Notes: generated by a model not told the origin, from the letters alone. A stretch of DNA of 64,000 nt from Anaeromyxobacteraceae bacterium (GCA_047602405.1 JASGHJ010000002.1:288001-352000); one strand, 5' to 3'. Counted from the first letter of the stretch, positions 1-10,124 are shown. Translations and numbers: made by a program.

Positions 1-1216
1 GGACCTCCTCGCCGATGGCGCGCGTGGACTCGTCGAAGATCTCGCCGAAGTCGGCGCGGCCGGCCTCCTTCGCGTCGCGGAGCGTCTCGACGCTCATCGC
101 GATGGGCGTGAGCGGGTTCTTGATCTCGTGCGCGAGCCGGCGGGCCACCTCGCGCCAGGCGGCGACGCGCTCGGCCTGCGCGAGCCGGGCGCGGCCGAGC
201 GCGAGCTCGGCGGACATCGCGTCGAACGCGGTGACGAGCTCGCCGACCTCGCCCGAGGCCGTCACGCCGACCCGGGCGCCGAGCTCGCCCGCCGCGACGC
301 GCGCGGCGGCGGCGCGCAGGGCGTCGATGGGGCTCGTGACCCGCCGGGCGAGGAGCGCCCCGGCGATGCCCGCCGCGAGGCTGCCGAGGAGGAGCGCCGA
401 GAGGAACGCCGCGAGCACGCCGAGCTGGGCGCGCCACAGGCCCGCCGAGCCGAGCCGCACCTCGACCGTGCCGGCCTCCGCGCCGGGCGCGCCGACCCGC
501 ACCGGGCGGGCGGAGAGGCCGGGGCCGCCCAGCACCGCCTGCACCCGCCGGGCGAGGGGCGAGAGCTCGGGCGACGCCGCCTCGGCCGCCGCGAGCTCCG
601 CACCGTCGGGCGCCGTCACCCGCACCGAGCCGCCGGTGAGCGCGGCGAGGCGGGCCGCCCGCTCCGGGCCGAGCGCGAGCCCGCCCGCGAGCCGGAGGCC
701 GCCGGGGCCCGCGAGCGGGAACCACGCCACCTGGGCGAGCACCCGGGCGACGCCGTCCGGGCCCGCGCGCTCCACGAGCGCCGCGGCGGCGCGACCGGCG
801 GGCAGGCGCGTGAGGCGCGCGGCGTCCGGGTCGAGGTCGCCGGCGCGGCCGGGCATGTGGCCCGAGGCGATCACCCGGCCCTCCGGATCGAGCACCGCGA
901 GCACGTCGAGGCCGCGCGCCGTCATCCAGCCCGCGGCGAGCTCCTGCGCCGTGGCCGGGTCGAGCGTGCCGGATGCGAGGTCGCGGGCGAGCGCCTCCGC
1001 CTCCGGGCCGCCGGCGAGCTCCCGGACCGCGACGGACGCGCCGGCGGCGAGCCGGTCGAGCTCGCCCTCCACCGCGAGGGCGGCGCGGTCGAGGCGGGCG
1101 GCGTGCTCGGCGGCGAGCGAGGCCGAGAGCGCGCGCGACACCGGGACGAGCGCGGCCGCGAGCGGCACGGCCGCGAAGAGCGCGAAGGCGAGGCCGAGGC
1201 GAGCGCGCAGGCTCAC
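1..1216 (-). CDS. NtrY-like HAMP sensor histidine kinase (3' part outside window)
   Basis: Not in the ORF track. Read manually from GTG at 1216, which overlaps the upstream TGA (GTGA): MSLRARLGLAFALFAAVPL..., with H-box ERVAAWREVARRLAHEIKNPLTPIAMS typical of NtrY-class kinases. Confidence 0.85.
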   Translation of the reverse strand, partial: MSLRARLGLAFALFAAVPLAAALVPVSRALSASLAAEHAARLDRAALAVEGELDRLAAGASVAVRELAGGPEAEALARDLASGTLDPATAQELAAGWMTARGLDVLAVLDPEGRVIASGHMPGRAGDLDPDAARLTRLPAGRAAAALVERAGPDGVARVLAQVAWFPLAGPGGLRLAGGLALGPERAARLAALTGGSVRVTAPDGAELAAAEAASPELSPLARRVQAVLGGPGLSARPVRVGAPGAEAGTVEVRLGSAGLWRAQLGVLAAFLSALLLGSLAAGIAGALLARRVTSPIDALRAAAARVAAGELGARVGVTASGEVGELVTAFDAMSAELALGRARLAQAERVAAWREVARRLAHEIKNPLTPIAMSVETLRDAKEAGRADFGEIFDESTRAIGEEV

Positions 1217-2691
1217 GGGGCGCCCCCTCCGAGCCGCCACAGCTCCCCGGCGTCGAAGCCGCCGTCGGCCCGGGGCAGGAGCCCCTGGGCGGTCGGCCCG
1301 AGCGCCGCGCGCGGCGCCGCCGCGAAGAGCGGGACGAGGTCGAGCGCCCGCGCGAGCGCGACCGCCACCGAGGGCTGGTCCATCGGGATCGCCGCCGCCA
1401 TCGCCGCGAGCGCCCGCCGGGCGCCGTCCGCGCCGCGCACGGCGAAGGCGACCTCGGCCGCCGCGAGGGCGGGATCGGTGGCGAGCACCGGCACCGGCAC
1501 GAGCGCCACCTCGTAGTCGTGCGCGGCGAGCCGCTCCTGGAACCTCGCGCGCGGCGCGACCTCCACCGCGGCCTTCACCTTCAGGTCGAAGAGCCGGACC
1601 TGGAGCCGGTCGGCGGCGGCCCGCGCGTCGGCGGAGCCCTCCGGCACGAGGAGCTTCACCTCGTGCGGCAGCCCGCCCGCCGGCGCGGACGCCGCCTCGA
1701 CCGCGGCGTCGCCGGCCGGGAGGAGCGCGCCCGGCACGAGCGTCGCCATCGGCTCCGCGGAGCCCCGCGGGCGGCGGCGGGCGAGGTCGGCACGATCGAG
1801 CCCGGCCAGCGCGGCCCGGACCGGCGGGGCCGCGGCGCCGAGCCGCGCCGGCTCGACCGCGGCGACGAGCGCGGCGAGGGCCGGGAACGCCGGGCCGGCG
1901 CGCCCGGCGGGCGGCTCGGGGCGGAGCACGACGTCGGCCTCGCCCCGCTCGAGGAGGCGCGCGGCGGCGCGGGCGTCGCGCGCGGCCACGAGCACCAGCG
2001 CGGCCGCGTAGGGCGGGCCGCGCGGGCAGCGCGGGTTCGCGGGGAGGGTGAGGGCGTCGCCCGCGGCCGGCGCGCGCGGCGGCTGGAACGGCCCGAGGCC
2101 GGGGAGGGCGAGCGGCAGCGCGGCGAGCACCCGCGGGAAGCCCGGGAGCGGGCGCTCGAGCGTGACGAGCACCTCGCGCTCCGAGACGATGGAGACCCCG
2201 GCGAGCGCGGGCGCCCGGCCGGCGAGCATGGCCTCGGCGCCGAGGATCGGCAGGACCGCCCACGCGTGGGGCGAGCGGGTCGCCGGCGCGGCGAGCCGCC
2301 CGAGCGCGGCGGCGAGCTCCGCGGCGCCCACGGGCCGGTCGTCGAAGGTGCGCAGGTCGGGGCGGAGCCTGAGGTGGTAGGTGCGCCCGGTCGGGTCCGG
2401 CACCGGCACCTCCTCGAGGAGGCCCGGGGCGAGCCGCCCGCCGGCGTCGAGCTCCAGCAGCGGCGCGCTCGTCGCGCGCGCCGCGGCGACGTCCTGCGGC
2501 TCGACCGCGAGCGCCGGGTCGAGCGTGGACGGCAGCGCGGGGAGCGCGAGCCGGAACGCGCCGCCGTGCGCCGGCCGCACGCCGGCGCGGGCCGGGACGG
2601 CCGCGAGCGCGAGCGCGAGCGCGGCGGCGGCCGCGGGGCCGAGGCGGCGGGGGCCGGCCGCGAGGCCGCCCTGGCGGCGAGGTGCGGTCAC
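1213..2691 (-). CDS. Family-5 (peptide/nickel-type) ABC substrate-binding protein
   Basis: GTGA-coupled start, signal peptide (AAAALALALAAVPARA), then GGAFRLALPALPSTLDP...LLELDAGGRLAPGL...YHLRLRPDLRTFDD motifs of SBP_bac_5. Confidence 0.7.
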   Translation of the reverse strand: MTAPRRQGGLAAGPRRLGPAAAAALALALAAVPARAGVRPAHGGAFRLALPALPSTLDPALAVEPQDVAAARATSAPLLELDAGGRLAPGLLEEVPVPDPTGRTYHLRLRPDLRTFDDRPVGAAELAAALGRLAAPATRSPHAWAVLPILGAEAMLAGRAPALAGVSIVSEREVLVTLERPLPGFPRVLAALPLALPGLGPFQPPRAPAAGDALTLPANPRCPRGPPYAAALVLVAARDARAAARLLERGEADVVLRPEPPAGRAGPAFPALAALVAAVEPARLGAAAPPVRAALAGLDRADLARRRPRGSAEPMATLVPGALLPAGDAAVEAASAPAGGLPHEVKLLVPEGSADARAAADRLQVRLFDLKVKAAVEVAPRARFQERLAAHDYEVALVPVPVLATDPALAAAEVAFAVRGADGARRALAAMAAAIPMDQPSVAVALARALDLVPLFAAAPRAALGPTAQGLLPRADGGFDAGELWRLGGGAP

Positions 2692-4038
2692 GGCACGCCC
2701 TCCGGCGTGCGGGGGTCGCCGGTGACGATCCAGAGCTGCGTCGCAGGTCCCTCGGGCGTCGAGATCGCGGCGGCCAGCACGGCGTCGTCGACGCCGTCGC
2801 CGGTGAGGTCGCCGCCCGCGCCCGCGAGGAGCGCGCCCTCCACCGCCGGCCCCTCGAGCAGCGGCGCCGCGCCGGCGCGCGCGGGCAGCACGCGCACGCG
2901 GTCGGTCGAGGCGGGGTCCGGCGAAGAGGCCACCACCTCGGGCGTGCCGTCGCCGTCGAGATCGGCGAGGGCGAAGCCGGTGCCGACGCCCTCGAGCGGC
3001 GGGCCCGCCGGCGCGAGATTCGGGGCCGAGGAGGGTGAGCCGGAGGTCGGCAGAGAGCGCGGCGTACGCGATCGGCCCGGAGCGCGGGCTCGCGGCGACC
3101 GCGTACAGGCGGCGCGGCGTGGCGGGCGCCGCGGCGGGGTCGACCGCCCGGACGCGCAGGTCCTCGAGGAGGCCCGTCCCCGCGGCGAAGCGGCCGAAGA
3201 GCGCCCCCGCCTCGCCGGCGCAGAGCGGCGCGAGGGCGAGCGCGCCGGCGGGCACGAGCCTCCGGTCCTCGAGCGCGAGCACCTCCGCGGCGGGGCTGCC
3301 GGCGTGCTGGTACGCGAGGCGGCCGCCGCCGAGGTCGGCGATCGCGACCACCGCGGCGTCGCCGCGGACCGGCCGGCGGGCGCCGGCGGGGACCTCGCGG
3401 CGGGCGAGCGGCGCGCCCGCGGGCGAGAGCAGCAGGACGGCGTCCGGCGTCACCGCCGCGAGCGCGGGGGCGCCCGGCCCGAGGGCCTCGCCGATGGCGA
3501 GCGCGAGCACGCGGCCGGGCACGCGGGCGAGCGGCCGGATCACCGCGAAAGGCGCGCCAGGGGTCCGCACCTCGCGGGCGAGCCAGGCGGTGGCCGGGTC
3601 GGCGGGCACGCGGGCGTCGAGGACGCGCGGCGGCACCGCGTGGGCGCCGGGCCGGTGCTGCAGGAAGAAGGAGGGCCACGCCGGCACGAGCTCGGCGACG
3701 AGGGAGAGCTCGCGGCGCCCGGGCACGAGCCCGGCCTGCACGCGCAGGAGCCAGTCCTGCCCGCCCGCGCGCGCCGCGCCCTCGGGGTCCTCGGCGCCGC
3801 GGAGCGGCGTCACGACGTAGCCGCGCCCCGTGAGCGCCGCCTCGAGCGCCGAGGCGAGCGGGGCCGCGAGGCCCGGGGCGCGGGTGACGACGAGGAGGGC
3901 CACCCCGCGCCGGTCGTCCGGGGGCGGGCCGAGGTCGCCGGCCAGCCTCGCGGCGAGCGCCGGGAGCGCCGGCGGCGGGTCGGCGGGCGCGGCCGGCGCG
4001 GCGAGGAGGAGTGCGGCGAGGGTGAGGAGGCGCTTCAC
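2688..4038 (-). CDS. Secreted FG-GAP/VCBS-repeat protein (one +1 frameshift at ~3019)
   Basis: Signal peptide VKRLLTLAALLLAAP. After removing one base at GATTC 3017-3021 the frame continues into ALADLDGDGTPEVV and GDLTGDGVDDAVL FG-GAP motifs (~449 aa). Confidence 0.7.
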
Positions 4039-6725
4039 CGATCTTCCATGAAGAAGTTCTGGGGCGCCGACTGCCGGCTCGCGGCGGCGGTCTCGGTCGG
4101 CGCGGTGCCGGAGAGGAACGACATGGTGGGCGCGGCGGCGGCGCCGTCCGGGGCGAGCATGCCGCTCGCGGGATCGATCCGGGCGACGTCCACGCCGGGC
4201 GGGGGCGTGAAGGGCGACGGGGGGCGGCCGCCGAGCGTGGCCTGCACGAAGGACATCCAGGCCGGGAGCGCGGCGACGGCGCCCGTCTCGCGCGGCCCGA
4301 GGGGCGCGTGGTCGTCGAAGCCGACCCACACGCCCGCGACGAGCTCCGGCGTGAACCCGACGAACCAGGCGTCACGGTGCTCCTGGGCGGTGCCGGTCTT
4401 GCCCGCGATCGGGCGCGCGAGCGACCTCGCGGCGGCGCCGGTGCCGTACTCCACGACCCCGCGCATCATGTCGGTCACGACGTACGCGACGTCGGGCCGG
4501 GTGCCGACCGCCGGGACCGCGTACTCGGGCGGCGCGGCGGGATCGGCCGGCGGGGCGCCGTCGGGCGGCGCACCGGCCTGCTGCGGCTCGCCCGCGGCGG
4601 GGACCGGGGCGGGCGCCGCCACCGCGGCCGGCACCGGCGCCGACGGCGTCTCCTGCAGGAGCACGTTCCCGTGCCGGTCGCGCACGCGGAGGATCATGAC
4701 CGGCGGCACGTAGCGGCCGCCGTCCTCGAGGCCCGCGTACGCGTTCACGAGCTCGAGGGGCTGCACCTCGCCGGTGCCGAGCGCGAGCGTCAGGTTCTTC
4801 GGGAGCTCGGAGGCGATCCCCATCCGCTGCGCGAAGGCGATGACGGCCTCCACCCCGAGCGCGTCGGTGAGCTTCACCGAGACCGTGTTCTTCGAGTGGG
4901 CGAGCGCGGCGGTGAGCAGCATGGGGCCGTCGAACTGGTCCTTCTCGAAGTTGCGCGGCTTCCACTCCTTGCCGGTCCACGGGTCGCGGTAGACGTCGGG
5001 CGTGTCGTAGACCACGGTCGCCGGCGTGAAGCGGCGCGACTCGATCGCCGCGCCCCACACGAACGGCTTCATGGCCGAGCCGGGCTGGCGCCGCGCCTGG
5101 AGCGCGCGGTTGAACTGGCTCGTGGCGAAGTCGTAGCCGCCGACGAGCGCGCGCACCCCGCGGGTCGCGGGGTCGAGGGAGACGAGCGCGCCCTGCACGA
5201 GCGGGGTCTGCTCGAGGGAGAGCGGCAGCGGCCGCTTCTCGCGGACGAGGCGCTCCGGCGGGGCCTTCGAGGGCATGAGCCGCACCTGGACCACGTCGCC
5301 CACCGCCAGCACCGACGCCATCTTCTTCGGCGCCGCGGTCGCCTGCGAGGGGTTCCACTTGCGGGCCCAGGCGACGTCGGCGAGCGGGACGGCACCGGTC
5401 GCGGCGCCGAGGTCGACGGTGGCGGACTTCTCCTCGACCTCGGTCACGAGGCCGGCGTACACGTCGCCCACCTCGAGCGGCCGGGCGCGCGCCATCCGCG
5501 CCACGTCCTTCGGCGCCTCCTCGCCCGGCTCGATGTCCTCCGGGTTCACCTTCGCGAGGTCCCACACCCAGACCTCGCCGGGGGGCGGCTCGACGCGGGC
5601 GAGCGACGCGCGCCACAGCGGCATCGCCGCCTTCACCCGCGCCTCGTCGAGGTGCACGACCGGCCCCCGCCAGCCCTGCCGGCGGTCGACGGCGCGCAGC
5701 CCGGCGGAGAGCGCGAGCTCGGCGTAGCGCTGCTGGGTCGCGTCCATCGCGACGTCGACCTGGAGCCCCTGCGTCTCGACCACCTCGGCGCCGTACTTCT
5801 CGTCGAGCACCTTCCGGACGGCGTCGGCGTACCAGGCGCCGGGGGGATCGGCCTCGGGCGGGCGGGTGACGATCGGGCGCGCGTTCTCGGCGTCGAGCTG
5901 GGCCTTCGTGATCCAGCCCTCCTCGAACATGCGGCGGAGCACGTAGCGCTGGCGCTCCTTCGCGCGGGCCGGGTGGTTCACCGGGGAGAGCCGCATGGGC
6001 GACTGCACGACGCCGGCCAGCGTGGCCGCCTCGCCGAGCGTGACGTCGCGGACGCTCTTCGCGAAGTAGAAGCGCGCGGCCTCCTCCATGCCGTAGCGCA
6101 GGTGCCCGAGGTAGATCTGGTTCAGGTAGAGGTAGAGGATCTCGTCCTTCGAGAGGTTCTCCTCGAGCCTCGGCGCGAGCACGAACTCCTTCACCTTGCG
6201 CTTCAGGCGCCCGTCGCTCGAGAGCAGGAAGGTCTTCACCACCTGCTGCGTGATGGTCGAGCCGCCGCAGGCGACGCCGCCGCGCAGGAGGCCCTTCAAG
6301 AGGCACCGCCCCATCGCGAGGTAGTTGAGCCCCTCGTGCTGGTAGAACCTCGCGTCCTCCGCGGCGAGCACGGCCTTGCGCAGGTGCTCGGGCAGCTCGT
6401 CGAGCGGCACCACCGTCCGGCGCTCGCGCGCGAACTGGAAGACCTCCTTGCCGTCGGCGCCGTAGACGTGGGTCGACACGCTCGGCGCGTAGTCGGCGAG
6501 CTTGTCGAACGCGGGCAGCTCGCGCGTCGCGAACCACACGACGCCGCCGCCGGCGGCGAGGCCGAGCGCGAGGAGGCCGGCGAGGGCGCCGAGGACGCGC
6601 CGGGCGCGTCCCCGGAGGAGGCGCCGGGCGCGGGTGCGCGGGGTCTTCCGGGTGTCGTTCACGGGGAGGGCGGGAACGATAGCGCCGGTCTGGCCGGGCG
6701 GGAAGGCGGGCGTCGGGCGATCCAT
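4035..6725 (-). CDS. mrcA: Class A penicillin-binding protein 1A (transglycosylase-OB-transpeptidase)
   Basis: TM anchor; glycosyltransferase motifs EDARFYQHEG and GGSTITQQ; transpeptidase motifs SAMK (SxxK), SKN and KTG. Confidence 0.93.
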   Translation of the reverse strand: MDRPTPAFPPGQTGAIVPALPVNDTRKTPRTRARRLLRGRARRVLGALAGLLALGLAAGGGVVWFATRELPAFDKLADYAPSVSTHVYGADGKEVFQFARERRTVVPLDELPEHLRKAVLAAEDARFYQHEGLNYLAMGRCLLKGLLRGGVACGGSTITQQVVKTFLLSSDGRLKRKVKEFVLAPRLEENLSKDEILYLYLNQIYLGHLRYGMEEAARFYFAKSVRDVTLGEAATLAGVVQSPMRLSPVNHPARAKERQRYVLRRMFEEGWITKAQLDAENARPIVTRPPEADPPGAWYADAVRKVLDEKYGAEVVETQGLQVDVAMDATQQRYAELALSAGLRAVDRRQGWRGPVVHLDEARVKAAMPLWRASLARVEPPPGEVWVWDLAKVNPEDIEPGEEAPKDVARMARARPLEVGDVYAGLVTEVEEKSATVDLGAATGAVPLADVAWARKWNPSQATAAPKKMASVLAVGDVVQVRLMPSKAPPERLVREKRPLPLSLEQTPLVQGALVSLDPATRGVRALVGGYDFATSQFNRALQARRQPGSAMKPFVWGAAIESRRFTPATVVYDTPDVYRDPWTGKEWKPRNFEKDQFDGPMLLTAALAHSKNTVSVKLTDALGVEAVIAFAQRMGIASELPKNLTLALGTGEVQPLELVNAYAGLEDGGRYVPPVMILRVRDRHGNVLLQETPSAPVPAAVAAPAPVPAAGEPQQAGAPPDGAPPADPAAPPEYAVPAVGTRPDVAYVVTDMMRGVVEYGTGAAARSLARPIAGKTGTAQEHRDAWFVGFTPELVAGVWVGFDDHAPLGPRETGAVAALPAWMSFVQATLGGRPPSPFTPPPGVDVARIDPASGMLAPDGAAAAPTMSFLSGTAPTETAAASRQSAPQNFFMEDR

Positions 6726-6747
6726 GGGGGCACCTGCGGGTGGCTAC

Positions 6748-6763
6748 AGCACCGGCCGTGCCA
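6748..6763 (-). promoter_or_regulatory. sigma54 (-24/-12) promoter of mrcA
   Basis: Minus strand TGGCACG-GCCG-GTGCT with exact GG-N10-GC spacing, ~23 bp upstream of the mrcA ATG. Confidence 0.7.
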
Positions 6764-6821
6764 CCCGGCGCTCCTGTCGGGAACCCGCGCCGCCACGTGG
6801 AATTCCGCGCCGCCGGCCGCG

Positions 6822-6841
6822 GCGTGTCCGCCCCGACACGC
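6822..6841. promoter_or_regulatory. Putative enhancer (UAS) palindrome for a sigma54 activator
   Basis: GCGTGTC-cgcccc-GACACGC perfect inverted repeat ~60 bp upstream of the -24 box, with an extra GACACG half-site at ~6859. Confidence 0.45.
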
Positions 6842-6877
6842 GCGCCCCCGGCCGGCCGGACACGGTCCGCGGGTCGA

Positions 6878-8249
6878 CTAGCCCTCGTCGCGGCGGATGC
6901 CGAGCGCCCGCATCTTCTTGTACAGGTGGCTGCGCTCGAGCCCGAGCGCGCGGGCGGTGTCCGACACGTTGTCGGCGTGCTCCGCGAGGGCGGCGAGCAC
7001 GATCTCGCGCTCCGCCTCCTCGACGAGGTCGTGGAACGACGCCCCCGCGCGCAGCCGGTCGGCGCGCGGCTTGCGAGCGCCCGGCAGCACGCCCGCCACC
7101 TCGGCGTCGCCGATCTCCCGGTCCGTCGGAGAGGATCGCGAGCCGCTCGACGAGGTTCCTCAGCTCGCGCACGTTGCCCGGCCACCCGTGGCTCTGGAGG
7201 GCGGCGAGCGCCTCGCGGGAGAGCCGCATCGGGCGGCGCCCGTTCTTCTCGCAGGCCTCGGCGAGGAAGCGCTCGGCGAGCGCGGGCACGTCCTCCCGCC
7301 GCTCCCGGACCGGCGGCACGTGGATCGGCACGACCGCGAGCCGGTAGAAGAGGTCCTCGCGGAAGCGGCCCGCGGCCACCTCGGCCTGGAGGTCCTTGTT
7401 GGTCGCCGCGACCACGCGGACGTCGCAGCGCAGGGTCTCGCGCCCGCCCACCCGCTCGAACTCGTTCTCCTGCAGGACGCGGAGCACCTTCGCCTGCATG
7501 GCGGCGGGCATGTCGCCCACCTCGTCCAGGAAGAGCGTGCCCCCGTCCGCCTGCTCGAAGCGCCCCCGGCGGGCCGCGACCGCCCCGGTGAAGGCGCCCC
7601 GCTCGTGGCCGAAGAGCTCGCTCTCGATGAGCTCGGCCGGGACCGCCGCGCAGTTCAGCTTCACGAATGGTGCGGCCTTCCTCCGGGATCCCTCGTGGAT
7701 CGCGCGCGCGACGAGCTCCTTGCCGGTGCCGTTCTCGCCGGTCACGAGGACCCGCCCCTCCGAGGGCGCCGTGCGGCGGATCACGTCGAGCAGCCGCTGC
7801 ATGGCGGGGCCGCCGCCGATCATGTCGGTGGGGGTGGGCCCCTGGACCTCCCTGCGCAGCCGCGCGTTCTCCTCGCGCAGATCGCGCAGCGCCAGCGCGT
7901 TCCGCACCGCGACGAGGAGCTTGTCCTTCTCGGTGATGGGCTTCTCGAGGTAGTCGAACGCGCCGAGCTTGAAGGCGCTGCGGACCGTCTCGAGCGAGCC
8001 GTGCCCGCTCATGATCACGATCGGCAACCCGGGGCGGGTCTCGCGCGCCTTCTCCAGGACGGCCAACCCATCCAGGTCCGGCATCCGCACGTCCATCACG
8101 ACGACGTCCACCGGGAGTGCGGCGATCTTGTCCAGCGCCTCGCGGCCGCCGCTCGCCGTCTCGACCACATGCCCCTCCATGGTGAGCGCGCGAGAGAGCG
8201 TCACGAGGATGTTCTTCTCGTCGTCGACCAGGAGCACCGTGGCGGGCAT
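6878..8249 (-). CDS. sigma54-dependent response regulator, NtrC/NtrX family (one +1 frameshift at ~7118)
   Basis: REC domain (LLVDDE...MDVRMP), GENGTGKE, GAFTGA, FLDEV and WPGNVRELRN. The Fis HTH (NVSDTARALGLERSHLYKKM) lies in the 6878..7099 frame. Confidence 0.92.
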
Positions 8250-8293
8250 GCGGGAATGGTAATGCGAGGGTCCTGTTTCCGGGTCGAAAAGCT

Positions 8294-8322
8294 TTGACAG
8301 GTGGGCCGTGAAGGAGTGAATT
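8294..8322 (+). promoter_or_regulatory. sigma70-type promoter of the pal-like gene
   Basis: TTGACA-N17-TGAATT, followed by GGAGG before the ATG at 8368. Confidence 0.5.
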
Positions 8323-8367
8323 TCGCGGCACCCGCTTTCTCGACATCACTCAACCGGAGGTCTTCCG

Positions 8368-9048
8368 ATGCGCCGCATCTCTCTCCTCGCCGTCGCCGTC
8401 GCCGCACTCGCGGTCACCGGTTGCCCCAAGAAGCCCGAGAAGGGCGAGTGCCAGTCGAGCGCCGACTGCGCCAGCCAGGAAGGGTACGGCAAGGTCTGCG
8501 TCCAGGGCCGCTGCCAGGAGTGCGCCGCCGACGCCGACTGCAAGGCCGGCTTCGTGTGCCGCACCAACAAGTGCGTGCCGAAGCCCCAGTGCGGCGCCGA
8601 CGCCGACTGCGCCGAGGGCCAGATGTGCCAGGGCGAGCGCTGCGTGACGAACCCGGACTACAAGAAGCCCGAGGACAACGCGTCGAAGGTCGGCGCGGTC
8701 CCGCCCGAGTGCGCCGACGCCGGCACGTTCACGATCCGCTTCGGCTTCGACCAGTCGACGATCACGGCGCAGTCGCAGGACGCGCTCCAGAAGCTCGCCG
8801 ACTGCCTCAAGCGCGCCCCCGCGAAGAAGGTCACCGTCGCCGGCCACGCCGACGAGCGCGGCACGACCCAGTACAACGTCGCGCTCGGCAGCCGCCGCGC
8901 CGAGGCCGCCAAGAAGTACCTCTCCGATCTCGGCGTCGGCGCGACGGTCGAGACGGTCTCGTACGGCGAGGAGAAGCCGCTCTGCAAGCAGGCCACCGAG
9001 GACTGCTGGGCCGAGAACCGCCGCGACGAGTTCCAGGTGGAGCGCTGA
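8368..9048 (+). CDS. Pal/OmpA-family peptidoglycan-associated lipoprotein with Cys-rich N-terminal repeats
   Basis: Lipobox AVTGC; three CxxxADC repeats; OmpA_C motifs FGFDQS, GHADERG...YNVALGSRRA, SYGEEKP and NRR. Confidence 0.88.
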   Translation: MRRISLLAVAVAALAVTGCPKKPEKGECQSSADCASQEGYGKVCVQGRCQECAADADCKAGFVCRTNKCVPKPQCGADADCAEGQMCQGERCVTNPDYKKPEDNASKVGAVPPECADAGTFTIRFGFDQSTITAQSQDALQKLADCLKRAPAKKVTVAGHADERGTTQYNVALGSRRAEAAKKYLSDLGVGATVETVSYGEEKPLCKQATEDCWAENRRDEFQVER

Positions 9049-9983
9049 TGAGGATCCGCGTGCTTCGGCTCCGGCCCCCGGAGCTTCGCTCCGGGGCGCC
9101 CACGCTCGGCATGAGCGGGAGGAGCTGGCACGCGGTCGTAGGGGCAGCGCTGATGGTCGCGCTGCTCCCCGGCTGCTGGGTTCCGCTCGAGCGCGGGCGC
9201 CTCATGGAGGCCCGCCTCGAGAAGCTCGAGACCTCGGCCTCCGAGCAGGAGAAGCAGCTCGAGGAGCAGCGCGCCCTCGTGAAGGACCGCGTCGCGAAGG
9301 CCGACGCGAAGATCGCCGAGGTCCAGGAGAAGCTGGACGAGCTCAACAAGGCCGCCCGCCGCTCCGGCGCGGACCTCGGCGTGCAGCTCCAGAAGGTGCA
9401 GGAGGACCTCACGAAGCTCGGCGGCGAGCTCGAGGTCGAGCAGCACAAGCTCGCCGAGCTCGAGCGGTCGATCGCGGCCGTGAAGGCCGACACCGAGGGC
9501 CGCCTCGCCGCGCTGAAGGGCGCCGGCGCCCTCGACCAGTACGAGGCGCGCCAGAAGCTCCAGTCGCTGCCGAAGCCGGACGACAAGAACGGCCTGCTCG
9601 AGCTCGCGAGGAAGGAGGAGACCTCCGGCGACAAGGGCGTGGCCCGCGAGCTCTACGAGGAGTTCGTGCGCCGCTTCCCCGACGACCCGCGCGCCGCCGA
9701 GGCGGGCGTCAAGGCCGGCGACCTCCTCGCCGGGCAGCGCCGCTGGCGCGAGGCGCTCCTCGCGTACGGGAAGGTGGCGCAGGACTTCCCGAAGGCCGCC
9801 GAGGCGCCGGTCGCGATGGTCGGCGCCGCCGACGCGATGCTGAAGCTCGACATGAAGGACGACGCGAAGGCGCTGCTCCAGCAGGTGATGGACCGCTACC
9901 CGAAGAGCGGCTCCGCCGCGCGCGCCAGGGCCCGCCTCGCCGAGCTCAAGAAGCCCGCCCCCGCCCCCAGGAAGACGAAGTAG
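9048..9983 (+). CDS. CpoB/YbgF-like coiled-coil TPR lipoprotein (alternative start ATG 9111)
   Basis: Follows the pal-like gene (TGATG overlap); lipobox LLPGC, long coiled coil and C-terminal TPRs (...LLQQVMDRYPKSGSAARA). Confidence 0.78.
   Translation: MRIRVLRLRPPELRSGAPTLGMSGRSWHAVVGAALMVALLPGCWVPLERGRLMEARLEKLETSASEQEKQLEEQRALVKDRVAKADAKIAEVQEKLDELNKAARRSGADLGVQLQKVQEDLTKLGGELEVEQHKLAELERSIAAVKADTEGRLAALKGAGALDQYEARQKLQSLPKPDDKNGLLELARKEETSGDKGVARELYEEFVRRFPDDPRAAEAGVKAGDLLAGQRRWREALLAYGKVAQDFPKAAEAPVAMVGAADAMLKLDMKDDAKALLQQVMDRYPKSGSAARARARLAELKKPAPAPRKTK
9059..9118 (+). repeat. Diverged copy of the REP-like palindromic element, inside the 5' end of the cpoB-like gene
   Basis: CGTGCTTCGGCTCCGGCC...CACGCTCGGCATGAGCG aligns with the copies at 10869, 31656 and 46036. 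Confidence 0.65.
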
Positions 9984-10095
9984 GCGCGCCGCGCTGGCCC
10001 GCAGCCCGGACCGCCGGCTTGCCGCCGCCGTCCGGTGTGGCGATATCGCACCCGGTGCGGCGCGAGGCGCCCCTGGCTGGCCCTGAAGGACCAGC

Positions 10096-10124
10096 GGGTG
10101 TGTCGTCCGACACCCAGGTGTGTC
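10096..10124. promoter_or_regulatory. Putative UAS upstream of a sigma54 promoter
   Basis: GGGTGT-N8-ACACCC palindrome (10096-10115), plus GGTGTGTC repeated at 20-bp spacing. Confidence 0.4.
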
